Source of the DNA: Acidimicrobiia bacterium
GTDB taxonomy: Bacteria; Actinomycetota; Acidimicrobiia; Spongiisociales; Spongiisociaceae
Reading direction: 5' to 3'
Assembly (NCBI GenBank): GCA_041576165.1
Contig: JBFGLM010000015.1
Coordinates: 1 to 64,000, forward strand
Length of the DNA stretch: 64,000 nt
Shown: piece by piece, positions 29,199 through 38,834 of the stretch
How the letters are laid out: the number at the start of each line of letters is the position of its first letter
Numbering within the stretch: the first letter of the stretch is position 1
The notes under the pieces: generated by a model
The model's input: only the letters and a program-made list of their open reading frames with translations
What the model was told of the DNA's origin: nothing
Database searches by the model: none
Position numbers and translations under genes: made by a program

Positions 29199-30542
29199 AT
29201 GAGCACGTGGACACCTAGTTCATGGATGGAAAAGACGGCGTTGCAGCAGCCGCTGTACGCCGACGAGGTCCGAGTCAAGCAGGTGGTCGAGGAACTCTCG
29301 CAGCTACCCCCACTGGTCACCTCGTGGGAGATCGAGTCGCTCAAGGAACAGTTGGCGGCCGCCGCCCACGGCGAATCGTTTCTGCTGCAAGGCGGAGACT
29401 GCGCCGAGAGCTTCAGCCGCTGCGACAGCGATACGATCACCGGGCAGATCAAGATCCTGCTCCAGACCAGCCTGGTCCTCGCCCACGGCACCAAACGCCC
29501 GGTTGTACGGGTCGGCCGGATCGCCGGCCAATACGCCAAGCCGCGCAGCGCCGACACGGAATCGCGCGGCGAGCTCACGTTGCCCACCTACCGGGGCGAC
29601 TTGTTCAATCGTTCACCGTTCACCAGCGACGACCGCCAGCCCGACCCGGAGCTGTTGCTACGGGGGTACGAACGGGCCGCGCTCACGCTCAATTTCATCC
29701 GCAGCTTGGTCGACGGCGGATTCGCCGACCTGCATCATCCCGAGTACTGGGACCTCGACTTCATGCGCCATTCGCCTATGCGCTTCCGCTACGAAGCGAT
29801 CGTGGAAAATGTGCGAGATTCGATTGAGTTTCTCGAAAACGTGCTCGGCGCACCGATGGGCAACGTACAACGCGTTGAGATCTTCACCAGCCATGAGGGT
29901 CTGTCCCTCCTCTACGAGTATGCCCAGACCCGCCAAGTGCCCCGACGGGAGGGGTACTACAACCTGTCTACGCACTTCCCCTGGATCGGGATGCGCACGG
30001 CGCATACGGACGGGGCACATGTCGAGTATTTCCGGGGGATCCGCAACCCGATAGCCGTGAAAGTCGGTCCGAGCATGACACCGGAATGGCTGACCGAGCT
30101 GATCGAGATCTTGCATCCGGATGACGAGCCCGGCCGGTTGACGCTGATCCAACGCTTCGGGGCCGACCAGGTGCGGGAAAAGCTCCCTCCGCTGATCGAG
30201 GCGGTTCGCGCGACCGGCAAGACCGTCTTGTGGTGCAGCGATCCAATGCACGGCAACACCGAAACAACCGCCGACGGCCTCAAGACCCGGCGGTTCGACC
30301 GGATTCTGTCCGAGCTAACCGACGCGTTCGAGGTTCACGCCGAGATGGGCAGCGAACTGAACGGTGTCCACTTCGAGATGACGGGCGCCAACGTCACCGA
30401 ATGCGTTGGCGGCGCCCGCGGGCTGGCCGAACAGGACCTGTCCCGCGCGTATCAGTCGCCCGTCGATCCCCGGCTCAACTACGAACAGGCCATGGAGATG
30501 GCGATGCTGGTGGCGCACGAGCTACGCACTACCGGCCGCTGA
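29199..30542 (+). CDS. Class II DAHP synthase
   Basis: LQGGDCAE, RIAGQYAKPRS, DPMHGNT and DPRLN motifs. Confidence 0.96.
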   Translation: MSTWTPSSWMEKTALQQPLYADEVRVKQVVEELSQLPPLVTSWEIESLKEQLAAAAHGESFLLQGGDCAESFSRCDSDTITGQIKILLQTSLVLAHGTKRPVVRVGRIAGQYAKPRSADTESRGELTLPTYRGDLFNRSPFTSDDRQPDPELLLRGYERAALTLNFIRSLVDGGFADLHHPEYWDLDFMRHSPMRFRYEAIVENVRDSIEFLENVLGAPMGNVQRVEIFTSHEGLSLLYEYAQTRQVPRREGYYNLSTHFPWIGMRTAHTDGAHVEYFRGIRNPIAVKVGPSMTPEWLTELIEILHPDDEPGRLTLIQRFGADQVREKLPPLIEAVRATGKTVLWCSDPMHGNTETTADGLKTRRFDRILSELTDAFEVHAEMGSELNGVHFEMTGANVTECVGGARGLAEQDLSRAYQSPVDPRLNYEQAMEMAMLVAHELRTTGR

Positions 30543-30594
30543 AGGCGGTCCCCGGCATGCCCCGCTGTGAGCAACGAGTCCCTGCGGCTCGACG

Positions 30595-32559
30595 TTACAG
30601 TCGGTCGCCGTGTGCGATCGTCACCGGCTCGCTCACCCCATGTGGGTCGAACCCGAACACCTGCCCGTAAAAGGACAGCTCGGCGTTCAGCACCGAGATG
30701 ATGGTCTCGGCTTTGCGGAACCCGTGCTGTTCCCCCTCGAAGGCCAGGTAGGCGTGCGGGATGCCCTTGGCGTCCAAAGCTGCAACGATCCGCTCCGACT
30801 GGTTCGGTAGCACGATCGCATCTTCCAACCCCTGAAAAGTGATCAGGGGGCAGGAGAATCCGTCCACGTGGTTGATCGGCGAGCGGGCGTCGTAGACGTC
30901 CTTGGCGTCCGGCCACGGTCCGACCAGCTTGTCCAGGTAACGGCTCTCGAACTTGTGGGTCTCCTCCGCCAAACCGCCCAGATCGGACACACCGAAATGG
31001 TTTGCACCCGCCCGGAATGTGTCGGTGGTGGTCAGGGCGGCGAGGGTGGTGAAACCGCCGGCACTGCCGCCTCGAATCGCCATACGGGCACCATCCACGA
31101 AGCCCTTGCGCGAGAGGTATTCAGCTGCCGCGCAACAGTCCTCTACATCCACCACGCCCCAGTTTCCGTCGAGCAGCTTGCGATAGGTTCTTCCGTAGCC
31201 GGTGGACCCGCCGTAGTCGACATCGACGACGGCGAATCCGCGGGACGTCCAGAATTGCGTGGCGAGGTTGAACGACGACCGGGCCGCGCTCGTCGGCCCG
31301 CCGTGGCTCATCACGATCAACGGCGGCAGCTCGTCTTCAGGTCCCTCGACTTCGGCATGGGCGGGCGGATAGAAGTAGGCGTGGGCCGATCGTCCTCCGG
31401 CCGACAGAAAAGCGATCGGCTCCGGCCGGCTGATCATGTCCGGGTCGAGACCGAGATCTCGGCTCTTGCGTAGAACTTGGTGCTGGGCGTGGCTGGCAAC
31501 CGTCGAAAGCCGGACCACCTCGGGCTCGTGATGCGTTGACTCCGCCACGGCCACGACGGTTTGACCGGCGACTCGCAGATTCCGGAGCGAAACATATGGG
31601 AGGATCCAGGCCTGGAGCTCCCCGCCCATTGGATCGATCCGACCCAGCCGAGCCCGGCCCCGTTCGGTCCAGGTGAGGATGATGTGCCCGTCGGGCTTGG
31701 TGAACCCGAACGTCGATGTACTGAATGTCCAGGCGGGCCCGCCGATCTCGGCGTCGAGCTTGACCATCGGCGTCAACGAGTCGACGCCCTCAACCTTGTA
31801 GATGTTCCACCAGTCGGACTGGTCCGAGATCACGTAGAGAATCCCGTGCCGGCCCCATTCCGGCTGCATGACGGACTCGCCGGTTCCGCCGGCGACTCGC
31901 CGCGGCCCGCCAACCGATACGACGCCGCCCCGGCATTTCATGGAGGCGATCCACAGCTCGGTGTCGTCCCAGGGCATGTTGGGGTGATCCCATGTGATCC
32001 ACGCCAGCTGGCGGCCGTCGGGGCTGGGACGGGGTGACGAGACGAAGTCGCGTCCGGTGATCAGCACGATCGGGTCGCGTGAACCGTCGGCGGCCACCGC
32101 CACGATCTCGTTCCGGGCCTCATCCCCGGTCGTGTGGTCCTCCCGCACGCAGACGATGCAGCTGCCGTCCAGCGTCACACGTCCGTCTGCGTACCGCCAT
32201 CCGTGCGGTACCGGCGGTTCCGGCGTGATCGGTTGTGGGGGTCCGTCCGGCGCCAACCGATACATACGCTGATCGTCCCAGTTGGTGAAATAGACGATGC
32301 CCCGGTCGACCCACCACGCTCCGCCGCCGTACTCGTGGACCCGGTTGCGTGCTGAGAATCCGTCGGGGAGCAGGTCGGTGCATTCCCCGTCCGGATCGCG
32401 CCGTACGATCTGAACCCGCCCGCCTTCTGATGGTCGGAGCTCTGACCACCAGACCGTTTCGCCTTCCTCCCAGGTGTCGGTGAGTGTTGCCGCCCCCTGT
32501 ACGATCAGCTCCGGAGTGACAGGGGACGGCCAGGATCCGTGTGGCAGGATGTCAGACAT
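30595..32559 (-). CDS. S9 family (prolyl oligopeptidase/acylaminoacyl) peptidase
   Basis: HGSWPSP N-terminus, HGGPT, GGSAGG, QGLED and EQHGFR. Confidence 0.93.
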   Translation of the reverse strand: MSDILPHGSWPSPVTPELIVQGAATLTDTWEEGETVWWSELRPSEGGRVQIVRRDPDGECTDLLPDGFSARNRVHEYGGGAWWVDRGIVYFTNWDDQRMYRLAPDGPPQPITPEPPVPHGWRYADGRVTLDGSCIVCVREDHTTGDEARNEIVAVAADGSRDPIVLITGRDFVSSPRPSPDGRQLAWITWDHPNMPWDDTELWIASMKCRGGVVSVGGPRRVAGGTGESVMQPEWGRHGILYVISDQSDWWNIYKVEGVDSLTPMVKLDAEIGGPAWTFSTSTFGFTKPDGHIILTWTERGRARLGRIDPMGGELQAWILPYVSLRNLRVAGQTVVAVAESTHHEPEVVRLSTVASHAQHQVLRKSRDLGLDPDMISRPEPIAFLSAGGRSAHAYFYPPAHAEVEGPEDELPPLIVMSHGGPTSAARSSFNLATQFWTSRGFAVVDVDYGGSTGYGRTYRKLLDGNWGVVDVEDCCAAAEYLSRKGFVDGARMAIRGGSAGGFTTLAALTTTDTFRAGANHFGVSDLGGLAEETHKFESRYLDKLVGPWPDAKDVYDARSPINHVDGFSCPLITFQGLEDAIVLPNQSERIVAALDAKGIPHAYLAFEGEQHGFRKAETIISVLNAELSFYGQVFGFDPHGVSEPVTIAHGDRL

Positions 32560-32621
32560 GATGGGGAGGCTACCGTCACTGTGGCGCCTGTGGGCCGGTG
32601 GTTTTTGCCGAATTGGTCCAG

Positions 32622-32966
32622 TCAGGTCCCGAAATCCGGGAATCCGTGTGGTGCCACCGCCGCTCGGTACCTGGCCACGAAATCGGGCCAGGGCGTACCG
32701 TCGATGATCACATCGAGCGCTCGCGCGAAGTGCAACAGAAGGTACGGATGAGCGCCCATGGCGTAGAGGGCACCGTAGTCCCGCTCGATGAGCGCCCGGC
32801 GCTCGTCGATGGTCAGCACTCCCCCGTCCTCCACCGGTAGGCGGCCCGCCGCGCCGCGGGTCTCCCACTGTTGAACGAAGGTCTCGGGGTCGGCGTGGAA
32901 CGTTTCAACCCGCGAGTCGTCATCATCGACGTAGGTCATGAATTTGTTCACCTGATAGCGGCTCAC
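32622..32966 (-). CDS. LigA-like small subunit of extradiol dioxygenase
   Basis: SRYQVNKF...LTIDERRAL..RDYGALYAMGAHPYLL. GTGA-coupled to the LigB-like gene. Confidence 0.75.
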   Translation of the reverse strand: MSRYQVNKFMTYVDDDDSRVETFHADPETFVQQWETRGAAGRLPVEDGGVLTIDERRALIERDYGALYAMGAHPYLLLHFARALDVIIDGTPWPDFVARYRAAVAPHGFPDFGT

Positions 32967-33811
32967 CCGGGAACCTCCCAGAAGAAGAAAGGGGCGGCGG
33001 CAAACCGCGACGGGGTGCCATCCGCAATGTCCGCTGGCATCCCATCTGCGGCGGCCAGCCCGGTGAGGAAATTCAGGAATTGAGGCGTCACGTTTCCTGC
33101 GGCAATCAGCCGCTCGATCGTGCAGCCGGCGATGGCCGCATCGAGGGTTCCGTGAGCCATCCACCCGACCGCCTGTGCATCGAACGCAGGATCCGGTGAT
33201 TCACCACCGAGAAAACCTTTGGGGCCTCCGATATCCGTCGCCAGATGACCGGTTGTGACCAGTGCCACCCGGCGCTCGATCGGAGCGTCCGCGATCGCAT
33301 CGCGTAGGTACGTGCCCAGGGTCGCGAACCGACGGGCGCGGGGAAGTGGCGGCATGTTGGTATTGGTGTGGATCGGCACCACCGGCAGATCCCATTCCGG
33401 ACGCAGGAAAAGGGCCGGCATCGAGTAGGCATGGTCGAGGACCCAATCGTTGACCACCGAGAAGTCGACCAACTCGGGGAGTTCCAGGTCGCCCAACAGC
33501 AACGCCGCCAGCTCTGCGTCGCCCGGCAGCGACCAGGTCTCGAAGCCGAAGTGGCGGATCTCGTTGGGGTGGGTGGTTTCGTAGTGGTCGGAGGGGCCGA
33601 TCGCGAATGCCGGGCTGTGATCGTGGCGGAACTGGCGGAAATGATCCGACGCCACCATCACCAGCGAGTCAACCCGCAGATCTCGCAACCGATGACGGAA
33701 GTCGGCGAAGTGTTCCATGGTGGATCGCAGATCCTCGGGGACCCCGCCGCGGGTCGCCCGATACATCAGAGGGTTGTGTGGCACCCCGCACACGGCGACC
33801 AGGCGGGCCAT
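32963..33811 (-). CDS. LigB-type (class III) extradiol ring-cleavage dioxygenase
   Basis: VPHNP, ASDHF, LDHAYSMP, VVPIHTN and AFDAQA motifs. Confidence 0.85.
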   Translation of the reverse strand: MARLVAVCGVPHNPLMYRATRGGVPEDLRSTMEHFADFRHRLRDLRVDSLVMVASDHFRQFRHDHSPAFAIGPSDHYETTHPNEIRHFGFETWSLPGDAELAALLLGDLELPELVDFSVVNDWVLDHAYSMPALFLRPEWDLPVVPIHTNTNMPPLPRARRFATLGTYLRDAIADAPIERRVALVTTGHLATDIGGPKGFLGGESPDPAFDAQAVGWMAHGTLDAAIAGCTIERLIAAGNVTPQFLNFLTGLAAADGMPADIADGTPSRFAAAPFFFWEVPG

Positions 33812-34785
33812 CAGGACACCTCGTGGATGACGTGGCGGCCCAGCAGCTCGATCGACTCGTGCCAGCGGTCGAAGCTGAGCCGCAGATCGAACACCAGATG
33901 CTGCACCCCAACGGCGGCGAAGCGCTCGGTTTGGGCCGCCACGTCGTCCGGCGTTCCCACGATCAAGGAACCTTCGATGTCGGCCGCCGTTTCGAATACG
34001 CCTGAGGGCGGCTTCACCCACCACTTGCCGCGTTCGTTCGCCCACCGCAGCAGACCCTCCAGGCTGGTTCCTTCCCAGGCGGCTGCTTCCGACGTGGCAA
34101 TGCTGGTCGGCGGCACCACGGCGACGGTCGGCATCGGCCGGCCGTTCTCAGCAGTCAGTTCCCGCATCTGCTGCACCCGACGCTCGATCGTTTTGAGGGT
34201 GATCCGGCCCGGCATCCATCCATCGCAATACTCTGCCGCCCGTCGGGCGGATGCAGGGGTCGCTCCCCCATACCAGAAGGGAATCTCACCGGCCGGTTTC
34301 GGGTAGAGCGATACGTGTTCGAACTGATAGTGCTCGCCCCGGTAGGTCACATCGTCGGCTGCCCAGACAGCGGCGCAGACGGCCGCGGTCTCTTCTACCA
34401 GTTCCGGGCGGAAGATTCCGCCCAGGCCCACGGCTTCGAACTCGTGGTCGAAAGTGCCGGCCCCCCAGCCGGCGATTATCCGGGCACCGAGTACGTGTGT
34501 CATCGACGCCAGGGTGAACGCGGTGACCAGCGGGTGCCGGTAGGGGATGAGCGTGGCCGTGCCAAGTGTGATCCGTTCGGTCACGGCTCCCACGGCCGTG
34601 AGCACCGTCAGCGGTTCGTAGAAATCCTTGTCGGCTGCCTCGAACTCGCCATGCGGTTCGAACAGAAGGTGGTCCCGCACCCAGACCGAATCGAATCCGG
34701 CCTGCTCTGCCTGGCGCGCCCCGGCGAGAATGCGCTCGCGGTCGGCGTACTTGCCAAAGTGCGGCAACAACAAGCCGAACTTCAT
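33811..34785 (-). CDS. LLM-class flavin/F420-dependent oxidoreductase
   Basis: AEQAGFDSVWVRDH, TERITLGT, RHP and YPKP motifs. Confidence 0.92.
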   Translation of the reverse strand: MKFGLLLPHFGKYADRERILAGARQAEQAGFDSVWVRDHLLFEPHGEFEAADKDFYEPLTVLTAVGAVTERITLGTATLIPYRHPLVTAFTLASMTHVLGARIIAGWGAGTFDHEFEAVGLGGIFRPELVEETAAVCAAVWAADDVTYRGEHYQFEHVSLYPKPAGEIPFWYGGATPASARRAAEYCDGWMPGRITLKTIERRVQQMRELTAENGRPMPTVAVVPPTSIATSEAAAWEGTSLEGLLRWANERGKWWVKPPSGVFETAADIEGSLIVGTPDDVAAQTERFAAVGVQHLVFDLRLSFDRWHESIELLGRHVIHEVS

Positions 34786-35447
34786 CGTTCGTCCGCCGGC
34801 GGCTCTGGGAATTCGTCGGGCCAGGCGTCGAGGACCGACTGGAAGTACGCCTTCACCTTGTCGGGCGACAGGTGGAGGGATCGCTGGATCTTGTCTACTT
34901 CGGTCTGCACCTCGATCGGGATGCGAAGCGAGTCCATCAACCGGTTGAACATTGCGAACAGGCCGCTGATCAGCGTCAGTTCGACGATCTCGGGTGGGGT
35001 GAAGTGGCGGGCCACTTCGTCATACACGTCGTCGCGATCACGGGCGGTGTTCTCGGTGACGTGGTGCGCCCACAGGACGGCCGCCTTTTCCCTCGGACTG
35101 AGCGTGTCCGAATCCATGTATTCAGCCGATCCGATGGCTTCGATCTGTTCCCATGTGATCCCGGCCGCTTGACCAAGCGACGTGTTGTGGGCCGTTCAGT
35201 ATTCACACCCGTTGAGATGGCTGGTCTTGATGACCACCATCTCTTTGATCTTGGTGGCGAGCACGCTGCCTGCCCCCTGACGCTGCAGGACGGCGTTGAA
35301 GGGCACCAGCATCTTGGCGACATGGGGCGACTGCGCCATCACCCGATACGAATGGGGAACCCGACCCAGCATGGCTTCCACCGCATCGAACAAGACCGCA
35401 ACATCACCCGCTGCGTTTGCCGGGTCGATCATCTCGATGCGTGACAT
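34782..35447 (-). CDS. AhpD/CMD-like selenoprotein with CxxU motif; Sec at 35196-35198
   Basis: ORFs 35196..35489 and 34782..35117 join in frame: TSHLNGCEY-TGA-TAHNTSLGQAAGITWEQIEAI...MDSDTLSPREKAA. The UGA occupies the second Cys of the AhpD CxxCxxH motif and a SECIS-like hairpin follows. Confidence 0.92.
35160..35195 (-). other. Bacterial SECIS-like hairpin
   Basis: After the UGA: GUCGCUU-GGUC-AAGCGGC (35181-35164) with the loop 22-25 nt downstream, resembling the E. coli fdhF apical loop. Confidence 0.8.
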
Positions 35448-35458
35448 GCTGTCTCCTC

Positions 35459-36826
35459 TCAACCGCTCACCACTACCTGCCGGCCCCACCCCGGCTCGCC
35501 CACCACCCCGCCGTTCGCCCAGACATCACGACCTCGCACGATCGTACGTTCCACCGCGCCCCGGACGGTTCGACCGGCATACGGGGTCCATCCGATCTTC
35601 GAGAGAACGCCCTCGTGGCTGATCATCCATTCCCGATCCAGATTCAGGAGCGCGATGTCGGCGTCGGCGCCCGGGGCCAGCGACCCCTTTTGGGCCAAAC
35701 CGAAGATCCGGGCCGGGGCGATTGATACCAGGTCGACCAGCCGGTTGAACGAAATCTTGCCTCGATGACAGGCGTCGAGCAGCAACGGCAGCTGCTCTTG
35801 GATTCCCGGCGTGCCGGTGTGCGCGGCCCACGCATCGGTCCAGCCCACTTCCTTCTCCTCCCGGGTGTGAGGAGCGTGATCGGATGCCAGCAGGTCGATG
35901 GTGCCCTCCTCCATCGCCTCCCACACCGCCTGTTGATGGTGAGGCGGGACCCAGTAAGAGAGCACATAGGAGCCCTGGGATTTGATGTCTTCCTCGGTCC
36001 CGAGAAAGAGCGTCCAGTGATTGGTTTCGCAGCTGACGTCGATCCCCCGGGCCCGAGCCCGGGCGATCATTTCGATCTGACGCCGGGTCTGCGTGTGGAC
36101 GATATGCAGCCGGCACCCCGTAGCCTCGGCCAGTCGGAGCAGCGTGGCGGTAGCCGTATCCCAGATCAAGCCGTCCCCCGCAGCCAGCGTCCGGGCGTAA
36201 GCCCAGGGGCTGCGATCGCCGGCCGCCCAGAATTGCTGCTCGATCACATCCATGATGCGCTGGTCGTGGGGATGGACCATGAGACGGAGTCCGGTGCGGG
36301 CAATCGCCTCCATCGCCAGGTACAGATCACCGTGATCGTGGACACCGATCGCAGCGGGATGCGGATATGTGCGCCCGGTGTCGACGACCATATAGATCTT
36401 GTAGGCCGCGATCCCGCGTTGTGACAGCGGGCCGATCTCGTCGATCAATTTGGCTGCCGGATTGTGGTTGTAGTCGACCAGGCTCTTCGTGGCGTACAGG
36501 GCCAACACTTCGTCGAGGTCACCAACCGTCAAGGTCGGAGGGTCGAGATTCGGCATACCGAAAATCGTGGTGTACCCGCCTGCGGCCGCGGCCCGAGTAC
36601 ACGTGATCAGATCTTCCTTGTGGACGTAGCCGGGCTCGCGGGTATGAACGTGGACGTCGATACCACCCGGGATGGCGGTGAGTCCCCCGGCATCGATCTG
36701 CTCGGCTTCGCTGGGTCCGGCGCCGCGATTGACAAGACCAGCGATCGATTCGCCATCGATCACGATGTCGAGTGGCCGGAGGCGGCCGTCGATGAACACC
36801 ATTGCGCCCGCAACGACACGTTTCAC
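35459..36826 (-). CDS. Cyclic amidohydrolase (dihydroorotase/allantoinase family)
   Basis: DVHVHTREPG, AGGYTT..MPN, YKIYM and ASDHAPH motifs. Confidence 0.92.
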   Translation of the reverse strand: MKRVVAGAMVFIDGRLRPLDIVIDGESIAGLVNRGAGPSEAEQIDAGGLTAIPGGIDVHVHTREPGYVHKEDLITCTRAAAAGGYTTIFGMPNLDPPTLTVGDLDEVLALYATKSLVDYNHNPAAKLIDEIGPLSQRGIAAYKIYMVVDTGRTYPHPAAIGVHDHGDLYLAMEAIARTGLRLMVHPHDQRIMDVIEQQFWAAGDRSPWAYARTLAAGDGLIWDTATATLLRLAEATGCRLHIVHTQTRRQIEMIARARARGIDVSCETNHWTLFLGTEEDIKSQGSYVLSYWVPPHHQQAVWEAMEEGTIDLLASDHAPHTREEKEVGWTDAWAAHTGTPGIQEQLPLLLDACHRGKISFNRLVDLVSIAPARIFGLAQKGSLAPGADADIALLNLDREWMISHEGVLSKIGWTPYAGRTVRGAVERTIVRGRDVWANGGVVGEPGWGRQVVVSG

Positions 36827-37737
36827 GGCTGAAGCGTGCCGGCGGCGGAGGCGTTGGTGGGTTGGTCGAGCCGGCGACGGATCCAATCGACCATCCGCGG
36901 GATGACCAGGTGCCCGTATGCCTGATAGGCGGCGTAATGCGTGGTCCCGTACTGCATCACCAGACGCTTCGGGGGCGCGGCTGCGTTGTAGAGAGCCAAG
37001 GCATGGTCGGTCGGGGTGACGAGATCGCCATCAACCGCTACGACCATCAGGCCGCGAGCTGCGCCCGCATCATCGATCGGCCGATAGGAAAGGAGTTCGT
37101 CGGCGGCAGATAATGACACCTGCTTGGGAACCCGGCTATCGACGTCCTTCTTCACCGACGTGGCCCGGCGTTCGGCGGTGGGGATGACGATGTCCCCGGC
37201 GGGGTTCACCATCTCACCGGGTCCGCTTGTCCGCCGGACCCGGTCGCGGGCTAGCCAATCCAGAAATTCCTTCCACTCGGTCTCGGTGGCGCGCATGCGG
37301 CGCAACCAGTCGGCACCGTCCGCCACGGGCACTTGGGCGATGCCCCATTGCACACGCTCGCTCGTCGCCAGCAACCGGACGGCATTGCCGCCGCCGGTGC
37401 CGCCCGAGCCGAAGACGCCAATCCGCGCATCATCGATGTCGTGGCGTCCAGCCAGGTAGTCGACGGCACTGTGCAAATCCTGCAGCTGCCGCTCCGGCGA
37501 CAGCTGGGTGGGATCGCCCTGCGAATCGCCGAATCCTCGATAGTCGAAAACCAAAACTGCCCAACCGGCCGCGAGAAAGGCTGCGTGGTACCGCTCGTAT
37601 AGCCGGGCATCCTTCAGGCCGAGCCATCCTGGTCCCTGGACGATGCCGGGATGCCGCCCCGTCCCAGCGGGTAGCCGCATGATGCCCGACAGCACGGCCC
37701 CATCCACAGCTGCGAATCGGACCAGCTCCTCCGGCAT
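36823..37737 (-). CDS. Alpha/beta-fold protein with non-canonical nucleophile elbow
   Basis: FDYRGFGDS, RIGVFGSGGTGGG and C-terminal DLVTP...THY. Confidence 0.82.
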   Translation of the reverse strand: MPEELVRFAAVDGAVLSGIMRLPAGTGRHPGIVQGPGWLGLKDARLYERYHAAFLAAGWAVLVFDYRGFGDSQGDPTQLSPERQLQDLHSAVDYLAGRHDIDDARIGVFGSGGTGGGNAVRLLATSERVQWGIAQVPVADGADWLRRMRATETEWKEFLDWLARDRVRRTSGPGEMVNPAGDIVIPTAERRATSVKKDVDSRVPKQVSLSAADELLSYRPIDDAGAARGLMVVAVDGDLVTPTDHALALYNAAAPPKRLVMQYGTTHYAAYQAYGHLVIPRMVDWIRRRLDQPTNASAAGTLQP

Positions 37738-38801
37738 CAGCCACCAACAACGCCGAGCTGCTCGGCCATCCAGTCGGCACTTTGCGGCCGGTACAGGTAC
37801 GTCTTGTTGGAGGAGACGTGATTCCCGCCTTCGATCATGTTGAAGGTGACGGGGCCTGAAATCTCATCGGCGATCCGGGCGGCCGCTTCCGGAGGGACGA
37901 TGTTGTCGCGGCTTCCGCCCATCACATAGGCCGGCACCGTTACCAGCTCCGCCACTGCCGTGAGATCCAGCGCAGACGCCTTCGGTCGAGCCTCATCGAT
38001 GTCCCGGGAATGGGAGCGGTGGATGAAAGCGGCGGCGGACAGCGCCGACACCCGGTCGAGGTCCAGCTGGTAGGGACCGGCGAGCGAGATCAGCGCTTTG
38101 ATGCGGGGTTCGTAGGCGGCTGCCCTGACGACGTAATAGCCACCGAGACTGACACCCCAGGCCCCCAGCCGGTCTACGTCAAGGTCCTCCCGTGCCTCCA
38201 AAGCGTCGATGGCAGCGCCGGCAGGTTTCTCGTAATGCGGTTCAATCGGCAGGTCATATTCGGCTTCTCCCTGGCCTGGTCCGTCGATCGTGAAGGTGGC
38301 GATACCGCGGGCGAGAAAGAAGTCCTCGTTGGTCGTGAGCTCCTCCTTGGCCGAATCGAGGCCGGGAATCATGAGCAACACGGCGGGTCGATCGAGCCCC
38401 GGGGGCCTGCGGAGATTGCCGGCAAGTGTTGTGCCCGCATAGGGGAACTCGACGCGTTCGACTGCAGGCGTGAGGTGGGGATGGGCCTTGCGATGTGCCG
38501 TGACCGCCCGCTCGTGGACTTCACGCATCACATCGGGGCGATGGACGAAGAGAAACTTTCCGAAGTGGTACTCCACTGCGGCCGTGTTGAAGTGGCGCCC
38601 AGCCGACAACAGATGGCCTGCAGCAACTGCGATGTCACCTTCGGCTTCATGCACCGCCGCGACTTTGGACCAGGCGCCGCACCAGTCGTCCCAGCGCTCG
38701 ATGCTGCCCGTGACCTCGAGGAAATCGCCGATCGGCACACCGTTCTCGACATAGCGCGGGCCCCAATATGCAACGGCTCGTTCCACCAGCTCGTCGACCA
38801 T
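37737..38801 (-). CDS. Alpha/beta hydrolase, 2,6-dihydroxypseudooxynicotine hydrolase-like
   Basis: PGLDSAKEE, DGPGQGE, GVSLGGYY and GGNH. ATG after GGAGG. Confidence 0.88.
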   Translation of the reverse strand: MVDELVERAVAYWGPRYVENGVPIGDFLEVTGSIERWDDWCGAWSKVAAVHEAEGDIAVAAGHLLSAGRHFNTAAVEYHFGKFLFVHRPDVMREVHERAVTAHRKAHPHLTPAVERVEFPYAGTTLAGNLRRPPGLDRPAVLLMIPGLDSAKEELTTNEDFFLARGIATFTIDGPGQGEAEYDLPIEPHYEKPAGAAIDALEAREDLDVDRLGAWGVSLGGYYVVRAAAYEPRIKALISLAGPYQLDLDRVSALSAAAFIHRSHSRDIDEARPKASALDLTAVAELVTVPAYVMGGSRDNIVPPEAAARIADEISGPVTFNMIEGGNHVSSNKTYLYRPQSADWMAEQLGVVGG

Positions 38802-38834
38802 GGGGCCACCTCCCGAATCCGTGCGGCAGAGAGT

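Noticed and set aside
29199-30542. DAHP synthase as part of a secondary-metabolite cluster
   Set aside because: No phz, trpE-like or aminoshikimate genes are adjacent and there is no operator, so it is probably housekeeping.
35459-36826. Housekeeping pyrC
   Set aside because: No pyr genes are nearby and the gene sits inside a catabolic operon, so only the family was assigned.
14671-38801. Nicotine degradation cluster
   Set aside because: No molybdenum hydroxylases or hydroxynicotine oxidase are in the window. The resemblance is at family level only.
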